A stretch of DNA of 63,854 bases, counting the filler, from Diploschistes diacapsis (lineage: Eukaryota), in assembly GCA_023645945.1 (NCBI GenBank). It is 11 parts of 11 records of this genome, joined end to end, with 100 filler letters (N's around TTAATTAATTAA, not from the genome) between each part and the next. Parts side by side here need not be neighbours in the genome. Positions count along the whole stretch, not along the records: positions 1 to 26,180 come from JALAIB010000187.1; 10 more parts are not named here. One strand, given 5' to 3'. The notes under the pieces are model-generated. The model was not told where the DNA came from. It saw nothing but the letters and a program-made list of their open reading frames with translations, and ran no database searches. A program made the translations under genes and the position numbers. Below are positions 1 to 12,040 of the stretch, in pieces. Position 1 is the first letter of the stretch, and each line of letters begins with the position of its first letter.

Positions 1-1131
1 GGATGGGGAAACGGCAGGTTTGGGGGCGCAGAGGAATTAGTGCGTGCATTGCGGATGGATGGCGTTTGTGATGCATCTACTCGTCGTACAAAGGGAGTGT
101 GAGTGGGTGGAAGGAAGGAAGGAAGGAAAGGTAGTATAGTAGTATACGAAAAAACGATCTTATTTCAAGCTAACTGCGGATTGTTCCTCACAATTGCATG
201 CAGCGGTGCACACTGGTCATACCCACAATCTCTCTCCCGGCTTTTCTCTTTGACGCATATTTCTCTGCCCATTTTCATAATCTATAAAGCCGAGGAGATG
301 CCAGTTTCCTAAGTTACAGCTTACAGCTGAGTGCTCATCGACGGTGGTTACGCTCCGGCTCTCTGATGCTCTGTCTGTGGACTAAGATTCACATGAACTG
401 CATCGGCTTGTAGTAGGAATAATTTATATAGTACACGTTGCACGCGCCCGAACCCAAGAGGATGTAGTAAGAAATCAATCGGTTTGGACGGTACAATGGC
501 ATCCTGCTCCTCGAAACAAAGCAAAAGCAAAAAGAAGAGGTTGTATGAAAAAAGCATGGACGGTTAAGGTTGAGAATGGGGTCGAGAGGAACAGAGCAAA
601 ACCGTGCTGATAGGCACTGGCCGCCAGAGACAGGGAATCATCCATACATCGATACATCGATACATCTCGATGAGCGCTTTGCTAGAAATCGTGTATTCCG
701 CGTGAAGAACATAGGCTAGTCCCAGAGTTTCCTACAGACAATCCCATGAAATGCTCCAATTCTAGCCAGAAGAGACACTCAATCAGTGGGGGTGAAAAAA
801 ACGATCGCAGACAGCCGTAATTGGATAGATATTATTAGTGAGATGCCTGCCTTCGCCCGCCCTCGCCTCCGCCTCCACTTCCCACTCATTCATCCAGTAT
901 TTCCATGTGAAAAGCGTGTTCGTGTAATTGAGAAAAAGGTTGAAGGTGCCAGACAGGAGACATGATGACGGTCGCCCCTCGCATCGCAACAACAGTAGAG
1001 TCCATCCAGCCGTATGTGATCCGCCCCAAAGCTCCCCTTCTTAGAGACCATTTCTGAGAGCTGATCAGTCCACAACGCACGTAGTACAAATTTCCGATCG
1101 CATTGCCGTTAGGAGAGTAGGTATGGCATCT

Positions 1132-1995
<864 letters not shown>

Positions 1996-2817
1996 TTACC
2001 CCCAGATAAGACAGATGCAAGGCTCTAGTAAGTGGTGGTGTGAAGGGCAAACAACATTCCTGGAAGGACAAGCTTCCTCGAAGGGAAGAAAATAGCGTGC
2101 AGAGGATATAGTGGATGGTGTAGCGAGACTGATGGCTGTGGCCTTGTATGGAAAAAACTGGCAAAGTGGATGATGGAGAGTCAGAGTGAAGAACTTACAG
2201 CTCCTTAGCGATAAGGTGATAGGGTAATGGTGCTGGCGGCAAGAATGAGAAAAGGTGAAGAAAGGCAAGAAGAGCTGAGCAAGCTGTCAAGGTAGGAGGT
2301 GTTATGGGGTTATGAGTACCAGATGGAGGCTTGCTGTGGGATGGGATGTGTGAGATGCAGTTTCTTGGGTGGGATTACACTCAAGTCAAGTCTCTTTCTA
2401 TTAAGCAGAGAAACAGAAACAGACACACAGTCAGGTCGTCAATCAGCAGCAAAGCCAAATGGCTGGGCAAGACAAGTCGGAGGCACCGGACAAGCCAAGT
2501 TCAGGTTGCAACTGGCCAGGCGGCCTGGCACTGGCACGCAGTGACACACTAAACTGCTACGGGTAAGGACCAAGAACAGCCCTACGTAGACAACTGCCTG
2601 CTCGGGCAACTGCTGCTTTCAAACATGAACATGATCTTTTGTAGATATCATTCAGCCATGTTCTTTTTGTTTTGTTTTGTGAAGTTGTCTAGAAGGTCCC
2701 CTCAAAGCTTCACACTTCACACTACCCCAAATCTTGTGTAGGACTGGGGAAAGTAAGTTAGTATTAGTTTCTTTGGGCGAGAATCACTCGTTCCAAGCAA
2801 GGCAGATTCCGGATATT

Positions 2818-2861
2818 GTCACGTGCACGTGCACAATACGTGCACAATCTACTGGCACGTG
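2818..2861. promoter_or_regulatory. Cluster of E-box (CACGTG) motifs in the RHO1-AXL2 divergent intergenic region
   Basis: CACGTG at 2820, 2826 and 2856, plus TACGTG at 2837; the first copy is GTCACGTG (Cbf1/bHLH-type). Function is inferred only. Confidence 0.3.
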
Positions 2862-3270
2862 ATCGTTATTTAGGTGATGGGTGATAAATAGGGGGAAGAA
2901 ATCCGGTCTCGGAGTTTCTCTTCCTCCGGTCAAATCTTTCTCTTTTATCCTATACCTGCTGTCATGGTCATATTTCATTCCAGATACACACTCATCATTC
3001 ATTCTGAGAATATCCGAACTCAGGCTGCGTGTTATCTAACATATCCAACCCAGACATCCCTCCCTGACTGAGCTTGCTACATAACATGGCTTTCCCATCC
3101 GCTGGAATTCGTCCTCCCAAGGGCGGCCACGGGAGGTTTATCCCTACTCCCGCACAAGGCAAGACATCTACCTCTGTTCTCAACCTTCTTCTTCACAATG
3201 TACATTATGATGAGGTAGGTCACAAAGATTCAAGCACTGCTGCTCATAGGAGCTGGTCCTGGTAGTGGCA

Positions 3271-6261
3271 ATGAGATTCACGAATGCTTTGACCTTCAGA
3301 CACTCCAGGCTTAGATGCTCTCTTCTCATTGCAGTTCTGCAATTTCCCGGCACTACAACAGCTACTCCGATTCTTGCGCTCCCCATCAACTCCCAGGTAC
3401 CGCCAATCGCAAGAGTTGGTGAGCCCTACAGCTTCGTGTTTGCAGCATCAACATTTTCAGGCAACTCTTCTGCATTGCAGTACGCCACTAACCATACCCC
3501 AACTTGGCTTCAGTTGGATGGGCCCAACCGAGCATTCTCTGGAACACCTCCAGCTGGAAGCCTTGGACCATTGAACTTCAGTCTTGTTGCTTCCGATAGT
3601 TCTGGTTCGGCCACAGATTCAGTGGTTTTCATTGTGTTGGAGGATGCTGGCCCAAGCTTAGGAAAGTCAATCGCGCAGCAGCTGCCAGAATTTGGCAATA
3701 CTTCAGGCCCGGACACCTTGGTCCTTTATCCTGCGAGTGCTTTGTCTCTTCGGTTCGATCCTGATACTTTCACTAACACCGATTCATCTACCGACTATAG
3801 TGCGTTGTGTGCCAACAATACGCCTCTGCCTTCGTGGATCAGCTTCGAGCCTGCAAATCTGTCTTTCAGTGGAACATCTCCGCACTTCGATTCTCCCGAT
3901 GAGTTGCCTCAAGATTTTGACATCCACCTGACGGCTTCTGATATTGCCGGGTTTTCTGCGGCGGTAGCCACTTTTCACATTACTATCGGGCTTCATGAAT
4001 TGACCTTCAGCTCCCAGCAGTTCATCATCAATGCCACATCCACCCAGCCGATCGCATACGAAGGTCTTCAAGATGCGCTAACTCTGGATGGGAGCATCAT
4101 CAAACCCAGCGATCTCAAAAATATTTCCACCGATGCTCCAGAATGGCTCTCGATTGATGTGGCGTCGCTGCAGATATCAGGCATTGCACCCAACAATCTA
4201 ATGCCGCAAGCCTTCACAGTCACTGCAGAAGATGTGTATGGCGACTTTGCGGAAACCACAATCTACCTTTCGACGGGATCACCCGCTAGCTTGATTGTCG
4301 GGGAAATACCTACTCTTTATGCTCAAATCGGACAGAAGTTTTCCCATACCTTCAGCCGCACCCACTTCCCTATGCCCAACGTGAGTATTGCGCTGGACAT
4401 GGGAAACGCTTCATCATGGCTTCAGTTTGATTCCAATTCCCTGACCGTGTTTGGTGTTGCTCCGACCGACCTTTCTCCTCAAGCCGATACCCTGAACCTC
4501 ACCGCTGCTGAAGAAACCAATACTGCCTCTGTGATAGTCTGTCTAGATGTGGTTTCCGCCAACCAAGGGCCTCTTCCAAGTCCCAGCAGCACCGTGCAAT
4601 CTTCACCCAGCTCAACAAGTAACGGCGAGGGTTCGGCAAGCGCTACAGCTGTGAGTGACACCTCCAGCAACATGAACTCAGAAAATCAGAAGGTTGCAGC
4701 AGCAGCTATTTTGCCGATTATCGGTGTCCTTGCACTCTTGTTCTGCATTTGGCTAGTGAGGAAACGACGCAAGACTCTCGGTGACGGCGGAGAACAAAAG
4801 TCTCTTATGCGTAGGTTTCGACCGCCGGAGATGATAATTGGTGAGCCTGAGGACTTTGAGCGACGATCCAGGCGATCCAGGCCGACTTCTAGGCGCTGGT
4901 CACTTCCTAGGGTTGAACTTTCAGTCCCTGTCTTCACCATTCCCTTGGATCGCAATAGGCACTCGCAACTTGGCTCATCGGAGCGAGGGGCCAAAGATTG
5001 CAATCAGAACTTTTGGGACCCGACGATCAAGGATTCAGAACATGAAGGCGCTTTATCAAGAAAAAAGAGTTTGTCGCCAAGAAAACTTGCATCGCGGAAG
5101 TTCAAAGCTCATCCTGATATGCCTTCGAAATCTTTAATCGTAGGGTCTAAGAAACCAGCAAGATCTAGACCGGCAATCACTCAAACCCGCCGCGTTATCG
5201 CAGGAATGACAGGTCGGGTCAGCGCGCGTCCTTCGTTGCATGGCTTGGGACATGGCCGTGGAACACCTATACCTTGTGTCCTGCAAGAGCTAGCCGAAAA
5301 TCAGCGGACTTCGAATCTTGATTCGCACGACTCGGGCATTGGTAAAGAAGATATTGATCGCAACGGCCATTTCGCACTCAAAATTCCCAGCGCTGCGGGA
5401 CTGCGTCCAGCGCGTCATGTGCATTCGCCTTCGGACGAGTATTACACAACTGACAGTAACGCAACTTCATGCCCCGGATCAACTTCCGCACACAGTGAAG
5501 ACCTAGACCCTAGACGACCTAATCTTTCCAAGTCAAAAGCACGGAATGGCATTGATGATGGTACAGTTCGTCTCGTCAACACCTCTCCAGACCATGCGGT
5601 CGTGACGCAGCTCCAATCCGACACCACATCTTCTGCAACGAAGCGCGATACTACGTCCCTGATGAGGAAGCGTGATAGTTGTTTTCACAACCGTCGTGGA
5701 GTTTCCAACGACAGCACCAACCTTGCCTCTCGTTCTCTGCAGCGTCTGAGTTCATGGACGTACGACTTGAACACCGAAGACTATCGCAGCGGCTTGGGAT
5801 TCTCCACCATTCCCAGAGGAAGCCTGTCCGCTCAACGAAAGGGCCAGATGATGCAGATGGGCATTGGTTCTCTAGCCTCCCACACTTATCGGATTGCCAA
5901 TCGATTCCAATCTGTAAATAGTCTGGCTACTGATCCTCGCTTTGAAGATCCAGACGAAACAGAAAATTCCAGCACCAACAACACGGATAGTATATGGGAG
6001 GACGACGAACCTGATGAATACGGCAACAAAATCTGGCGTAAAGCAGAAGAGGGTAGCACCACCTCTTACGGAGGGCGTGGTAGCAGACTGAGCATGCAGA
6101 GATTGAGCTACTTGATGCGGCAGCACCGAGAGCGTTCACAGGACGGAGAGCTCACACTGGGAAATACAGGGAAAAAGCCAGTCAGTGTTCAGAATGACAT
6201 GGATGTTGCAAGGGGTATGCTGGGAAGCAAGAGTCTCAAGGGAACTTTGGCTTTTCCGTAG
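3271..6261 (+). CDS. AXL2: Axl2/Bud10 axial polarity landmark (cadherin-like/He_PIG repeats, single TM, long disordered tail)
   Basis: Single ~996-aa ORF from the ATG at 3271. Signal-like N-terminus, then PINSQVPPIARVGEPYSFVF, repeated P.WL.F...L.FSGTP units (PTWLQLDGPNRAFSGTP, PLPSWISFEPANLSFSGTSP), a Ser/Thr stalk, and TM VAAAAILPIIGVLALLFCIWLV followed by RKRRK. Confidence 0.9.
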   Translation: MRFTNALTFRHSRLRCSLLIAVLQFPGTTTATPILALPINSQVPPIARVGEPYSFVFAASTFSGNSSALQYATNHTPTWLQLDGPNRAFSGTPPAGSLGPLNFSLVASDSSGSATDSVVFIVLEDAGPSLGKSIAQQLPEFGNTSGPDTLVLYPASALSLRFDPDTFTNTDSSTDYSALCANNTPLPSWISFEPANLSFSGTSPHFDSPDELPQDFDIHLTASDIAGFSAAVATFHITIGLHELTFSSQQFIINATSTQPIAYEGLQDALTLDGSIIKPSDLKNISTDAPEWLSIDVASLQISGIAPNNLMPQAFTVTAEDVYGDFAETTIYLSTGSPASLIVGEIPTLYAQIGQKFSHTFSRTHFPMPNVSIALDMGNASSWLQFDSNSLTVFGVAPTDLSPQADTLNLTAAEETNTASVIVCLDVVSANQGPLPSPSSTVQSSPSSTSNGEGSASATAVSDTSSNMNSENQKVAAAAILPIIGVLALLFCIWLVRKRRKTLGDGGEQKSLMRRFRPPEMIIGEPEDFERRSRRSRPTSRRWSLPRVELSVPVFTIPLDRNRHSQLGSSERGAKDCNQNFWDPTIKDSEHEGALSRKKSLSPRKLASRKFKAHPDMPSKSLIVGSKKPARSRPAITQTRRVIAGMTGRVSARPSLHGLGHGRGTPIPCVLQELAENQRTSNLDSHDSGIGKEDIDRNGHFALKIPSAAGLRPARHVHSPSDEYYTTDSNATSCPGSTSAHSEDLDPRRPNLSKSKARNGIDDGTVRLVNTSPDHAVVTQLQSDTTSSATKRDTTSLMRKRDSCFHNRRGVSNDSTNLASRSLQRLSSWTYDLNTEDYRSGLGFSTIPRGSLSAQRKGQMMQMGIGSLASHTYRIANRFQSVNSLATDPRFEDPDETENSSTNNTDSIWEDDEPDEYGNKIWRKAEEGSTTSYGGRGSRLSMQRLSYLMRQHRERSQDGELTLGNTGKKPVSVQNDMDVARGMLGSKSLKGTLAFP

Positions 6262-7091
6262 TTCTCTCTCTGATGCTGCTTTGCTGGTCTCTGTATGATC
6301 TGGCCTCGTGAAACAAGCAGCATTCACCGCAATCCTATCTTTCTAAATATTCCAATTTCTGTCTTACTATTTCCTTAGGCGGATACAGGGGTCACTCCAA
6401 AGGTCGGTTCCTGGCTAGAACTGATGATAGTGATCAACCGAAAAGGCTCTTTAAAAGGGTGTGATCTGGATCGTGGTAAACTTGCATAGGCTATGTTTGC
6501 CGTTAACGAGGCCTCGTACAGCATAACTGCAACCCACTTGCAGGTATGTCGCTACGCTCTCAATGAATCATAGTCTCATGAATTTACCAGCGTGGTAACG
6601 GCTCAGGCCTGGGAAAAGGTCCCGAGCCTTGAAGTACCCCCTTACATTCAACTTTCCTTATTCACCTGATGAACAATCCACGACTTTTCCCTAGTGTATC
6701 TGAACGCTTCTACCCGCGAAATTTCCTTTTTCCTTTCATTCGCAGAGTACGAGTCACACTATCACCTAACCTCAGTGTCAGAGTTGCAGCATGTTTTGCA
6801 AATCCTTGTACACCGAGGACTCAAGGTGTTGAATGTAATTCTGACTCATTTGCCCAAATCAGCCGAGTATTTAAAGCTATCCACTCCACAAGTTCTCCTT
6901 CCTCCTTCATTACATCTCCACTACTCTGCCTTCTCTGTATATACTCCTCCTCCGACCTCTTTTACGCATTTAATGTTCCATTATTATCCCACGATCTTAC
7001 CTATAAATACCCACTAGCCCGTCCAACTTCCACCTTCAGGACTTTTCCACAGCGCTATCACCTTATAACAACATTCGCTAATACTGCAACA

Positions 7092-8654
7092 ATGGTCACA
7101 CCTCACTCAACTACATAAATGATCTTCAATTCCTTGTCGATTTCGCAGCAGTCTCCCGTTATTAGATAGCTCGAAAAGCCTCTTGAGTTTCTTTAACTGT
7201 AACCAGAGGACTTCACGTTCTACACAGAACACCCTATATTTCCTCTAGAACCAACAGTACCAGCAGATTCTTTCTTCGGTACCTGGTGGAATCAAGATGG
7301 GAGGAAAGTCGGTCCATACTGTGTGAAGTAGTAGGATGACTACCAAACAGGCAGGGCGCTCCTTGTTTTCATCATTAACAACATCTACGTACAGCAGGTA
7401 GTTTGTGCAACAATCAGTCCGTTGAAACCTGAAAGCTATAGAGTACATACTTCAGCTCCGTAGGCCACTTCCTTCGTTAGCGGACTCAAAAAGGCCGAGG
7501 AATAACGGTCAATACATATATACAGGGTATAATTACCGGACAATGAAGCATTTGTCAACCAAACGAAATTGTCTCATAAGCGGCATGACAAGTTCCAAGG
7601 AGCCCGGCAATAGGTTTCTTCTCCCACAAGTGGCGAGTTAGGGGACTAAAAAGCACAGTCTATTAAAGAAGGAGCCACAGCCACCCACTATTGAGGTATG
7701 AAGTATCATAACTTCCTCTCCTTCTGGTCCTCGGAGGTCACATCTACAAACTATACACCTTGCAAAGATCCCATGAGCTACACAAAACGATAATGAACTC
7801 AGTTCCGGTCTGCTGCAGGCCGCTTTCGATAAATGGTGAAAATGGAGGGCCAGCAGCGCAGACCATTGTAAGAGGAACCCACAACCAGGAAGCATCGATA
7901 CATGAATTCAGAGCCACCCATACGTTCTGTTTATAAGAAGGCTGTCAAAGCTATCTTTGCAGCATATTTCAACAGTATGGGTTCTGGCCGCTGCGATATC
8001 GAGTATTCTTAACAGAATTTCCAGAAATTGGTGAATACGAGGTACTAGCAAACAAAGCTACTACTTGAGCAAACTACAACCGCCGCAACCGAAGACTGTT
8101 TTTGGGGAAAACCACAATCCAACTCAGTTTTATAGATTGCCTCCGAGAGTTGTTCCCGGGAACCGAATTTCGTTGGGGCAGCTGATTTGGTCTGTTGCGG
8201 CCTCTACCCGGGCCACAGGGGTCTTTCTTGACATGATTGATTCTAGGAAGGGCTTATCAGTATATGCTCTCGGTCACAGAAGCGCTAACCATAATTCATC
8301 GAGGTGGTTGGTTAGTTTAGCAATGTAATAAGCTACTTGAAGAAGTCAGCTGCAACGAAGAGGGATATTGGGTCTATCATCAAAGGTCTTACTCAAGGGA
8401 GTCCAGATTTCCTTCTATACCATTTTAACTATGAGTCTACAGTCTAAAAACCGAGTCGGGTCCTCAAGTCGGATGCTGAAGTCAACGAGGCGGGTCGATC
8501 GTTAAAGGTCCAGAAACTCAACCATAAATCGGACGATGCGTTTCGAGAGATGCAGAGGTCAAGCCAAAGGAACAAGTAGGCTTTCGTTGAGTTCGTTAAG
8601 GTGATCGAAAGAGATATAGGTTTCTGGTCTTCAACCACCAGAATTAAGCGGTGA
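7092..8654 (+). pseudogene. Possible RIP-inactivated gene of unknown family
   Basis: TATAAAT at 7002, CT-rich leader and caacaATGg at 7092. One frame reads protein-like (e.g. SYLKKSAATKRDIGSIIKGLTQGSPDFLLYHFNYEST). About 27 in-frame stops by hand count, mostly TAA/TAG as expected from CAA/CAG RIP. Stop density is not below random, so the call is weak. Confidence 0.3.
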
Positions 8655-9488
8655 ACAGTCAGATACTAGACGACTTGTTACCTCCCAGATCCTATATATC
8701 AACATCGCAAGCAACTCAGGCCATCAACCCCAGTCAGGAAACCTGGTTAGGTCGTTTTTGTCTTAATGACTGCGTTTGGATAAAACTGGGCCTCTAGGAA
8801 AGTGTGGAACTGGATACCAACGACAAGCACAAGAGATCTCGCACCTTAATATCATCCCCTACTGAGCAAGCGGAAGGTTGAAAACAGACTTGCCGAGTCC
8901 GGTCAGGTCGCTATGGTCCAGGCTTTACACTTCTGAGCAACGCTCATCAATTTTAGGCGTGCCGCGAATTCAGGGGGGCATTCCATTATCGGTTGAAAGC
9001 GTGAGCATAGGAACCGCATCGGTACGTGAATTGACACAGCAACGCCAGGACGGTGCCAAATTCATCGTAAAGAGACAGCTCGGTCGTCGTATAGGCTCAG
9101 TTGCTACTCCTGGACTGTCTATATGCATATATATTCTCATATCTCTGCTATCAAGAGAGATTTGCATGAAGAGAAGACGGAGGGGAAAATGGTCCAGTGG
9201 TGACGGGGAAATGGATGAAGATTTGCATTAGGACGTTCAAAGCAGACCATGAGCTTATATGAAGAGAATACGATGAGGATGCAAGGCAGCCGCCACAGAA
9301 AACTACATAAAGATATATAATACGCAGTTCTGAAGAAACCCTTCGGATCGCTTCAATTGTGGAGAAGTAGCCAGCTCACCTATATTGTTATTGAACGCAG
9401 CTCAACCGACCGAATAAGTCAGAATCATCGAAGATTAGCAGGCTTGGCGGCTGTTGTCAAACAACTATATACATACACAAGTCACTAG

Positions 9489-10085
9489 CCTAGTGAAAGA
9501 TTCGGCTTATCCTTACACTGCGTGCATACAAACGATGGTGACACCTACACTGGTTTCCATTATAACAAGAACAGTGGGTATTGGATCATTTATTGGAGGG
9601 CTCGTGGTATGGATGGCCGAGCAACTGTGTTAGTGGACTGCAATACACTGGACGTTTTCCCAGAATCAGATCTTTCTGGCCTGATTGCTCGCGATACCTC
9701 TTGGGATGGTCAACTACATCCGCCAGGATAGCACTCCGAGACAGAAACTGCAACAAAGCAAGAAGAAGATTTCGAAAGAGAACCTCAAAGAGCATATACA
9801 GTCTTCCCTGGCCGACCCAAAATTTCAGGACGTTGGTTGGAATTCGTATTTACAATCGGGGACCGAGACGTATATTGGGAATACATGAAAACTGTTGACA
9901 TGGACCTCAACGAGTGTATACAGCCCGCTCTGGCAAACCTGAGAAATTTCGGATGTGGTCTTGCATCTTCCTTTGCAACTAAGTCCATGAATACAAGCCA
10001 GGAAGATCTGATTAGCCTTGGAAGGTTTACTAACTACTCTAACACGGCGAATCTAGCTGGAACTCCCACATACCAGCCACAGTGA
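9489..10085 (+). pseudogene. Interrupted ORF (~198 codons, one internal TAG), unknown protein
   Basis: Track ORFs 9522-9731 and 9837-10085 are in the same frame and read continuously through a single TAG at 9729 (…GQLHPPG*HSETETATKQEEDFERE…WLEFVFTIGDRDVYWEYMK…). Confidence 0.4.
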
Positions 10086-11349
10086 GTATTAACCATTTAC
10101 TCTCTCCATTGCACCAGCCAAACTTGTCGCTATCCTACCTCTGACCATGCGAAGGCAGCTCAAGAGTCTAAAGTCCAGGTGGGCTACTGCACTGCCCACA
10201 ACGAGCAGGCGGTCAGCTGTGCTTGCGAGTTTTATCGCTCAAGATACCCATCTGTGGTGTGGTATATTGTTTATTATGATAGTTCTGCATCTTTTTGGAA
10301 TATACATGACATATCAAGGGCCCGAGAAAGTCGAGGTACTCGGTACTAGAAGAACTGCCCGCTCAGAATAAGAGGATATCAAGCGTGTGCAGGCAAGGAC
10401 ATATATTTCCATGACTGTGGAGACTCTTCCAAGTACTAGTAGTGTAATTTTCTGGACCTAGTGCAAACGTAGGAGTTGATGGCCAGTAGCCAGTAGTATG
10501 GGAGGGTTCCATATAGAGGACACCTCTCCCCTACAGATTCACAACCCAGGCCTTCTACGCTTCACTACAGACCTTCCTGGTGTTCGACCTTTATGTCTAT
10601 CGACATCCCCTGGCTTTGCCTATCCGCTATCACCTACCTTAGTATCATGGAGATCACCCTAGGTGGTACGTTTTATGTTTATACTAGGAGATTCTGAATC
10701 CTTAGCGCAAACCTAAGCTGTTACCACATACCATATAAGATTACGGATTGTTTCTTCAGATTGAAGAATTAGTTGCTTGGCAAAAGAGCAAAATTTCTAA
10801 AGTTTCTACTCTGAATTGCGGATCTTCGCAGAATTTTTCAGGCTGGAAAGGATGCTTTAAGCATGGAAAGCTTAATGAGGAAGACGAAATGATCTAGACT
10901 CGCGGTCTGGGTTGTGGATCTCTGGTTATTTCATAATGAAACAAGCTTCTCTCCAGGCTGGAAATTTCTGATCTATAGAGAAGAAAACAGGATCTCCTAC
11001 CTAGGTTCCTGCGCTCAATTGGGGTTCCTTGCTTGGTTTGAGGAGATGCCCGCCAAACATATGGAGTATGGAGTTATCGAGACGAAGGCGACCTGCCTTG
11101 GCTTCTCTTCTGAAATGCGGATCTCGCGCGTTCTTCAGAGAAGATGCAACTGTTCAGATTTGGAGGTTTTGGAATCACCGAAAGGGAAAGAAGTTAGCAA
11201 TTAGGTTTCCGTGCTGAATCGTGCGGCTTTATTCGATTTCGGTCGAGGAGGATGCCTTTTCAGCGCTGGAAGGGTCGAAGACAGACGAAGACGAAGTCGA
11301 AATGCCTTAGGCTCCTCCTTCACATCGTAAATCTTCACTCTTTTGATAT

Positions 11350-11640
11350 TGTTACCCACCAGACTTAGAACTTACGGACTCCTCGACGGACACACAATCC
11401 GTTTGCAGGAGACAGCCAAGAAACGCCGATATTAACACAAATCTATAGTGAAATCTTGTATTGAGAAGTGAGTGTAGATTGCTAGCTATTATGTATAACA
11501 ATGCCAAGCGCCATCGTCATAGGATAATGCCACCTTGGCAGCGAGGTCGATATCCCCATCGTAGCACTGCTTATGCCCTCATAAGCAGCTAGCTAGTATG
11601 TATCTTCAAACAACCAGCGATCCCGAATAATTCTTCGCTA
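11350..11640 (-). repeat. Possible 3' LTR relic downstream of the chromodomain
   Basis: On the minus strand: TATA-like TATACATAATAG, then an AATACA polyA-like signal, ending ...GTAACA at 11350. The upstream boundary and PPT are not identifiable. Confidence 0.25.
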
Positions 11641-11802
11641 GACACTTCGTCTGGAAGCAAAAGCGCTTCGACAACGTCCAAAATCCTCCAAATCTTAAGG
11701 CAACTTTGACTCCTTCACGAAGATCAAAACTTCCACTAGTCCCATTCTCCTTCTCCAGACATCCCTAAATCCCAGCTAGTCCGGTCTCAGATACGCTCGG
11801 TG

Positions 11803-12040
11803 TTAGCGCTCGTAATCGGCGACGACGTCTCCTGCGTGGCATAACAGCTCTTTTGCCGAAATCTACATATCCTCGATGGCATCGTACCCGGTCCAGCGTA
11901 CGAGGTATTCGGTCCTCCAACCTCTACCTCTTTTCAATCTCCTTTTGGCGAGCAGTCTCTCCACCTCGTAATGACCTTCCTCCAAATCGGTAGTAACAGG
12001 AGGTGGGGGCAGAGGGCGACGGTGATACAGGTCGGCAGCA
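11803..12040 (-). mobile_element. Chromodomain relic of a chromoviral Ty3/Gypsy integrase
   Basis: DLYHRRPLPPPPVTTDLEEGHYEVERLLAKRRLKRGRGWRTEYLVRWTGYDAIEDM*ISAKELLCHAGDVVADYER*. This is a typical retroelement chromodomain; the conserved Trp has changed TGG->TAG. Confidence 0.75.
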
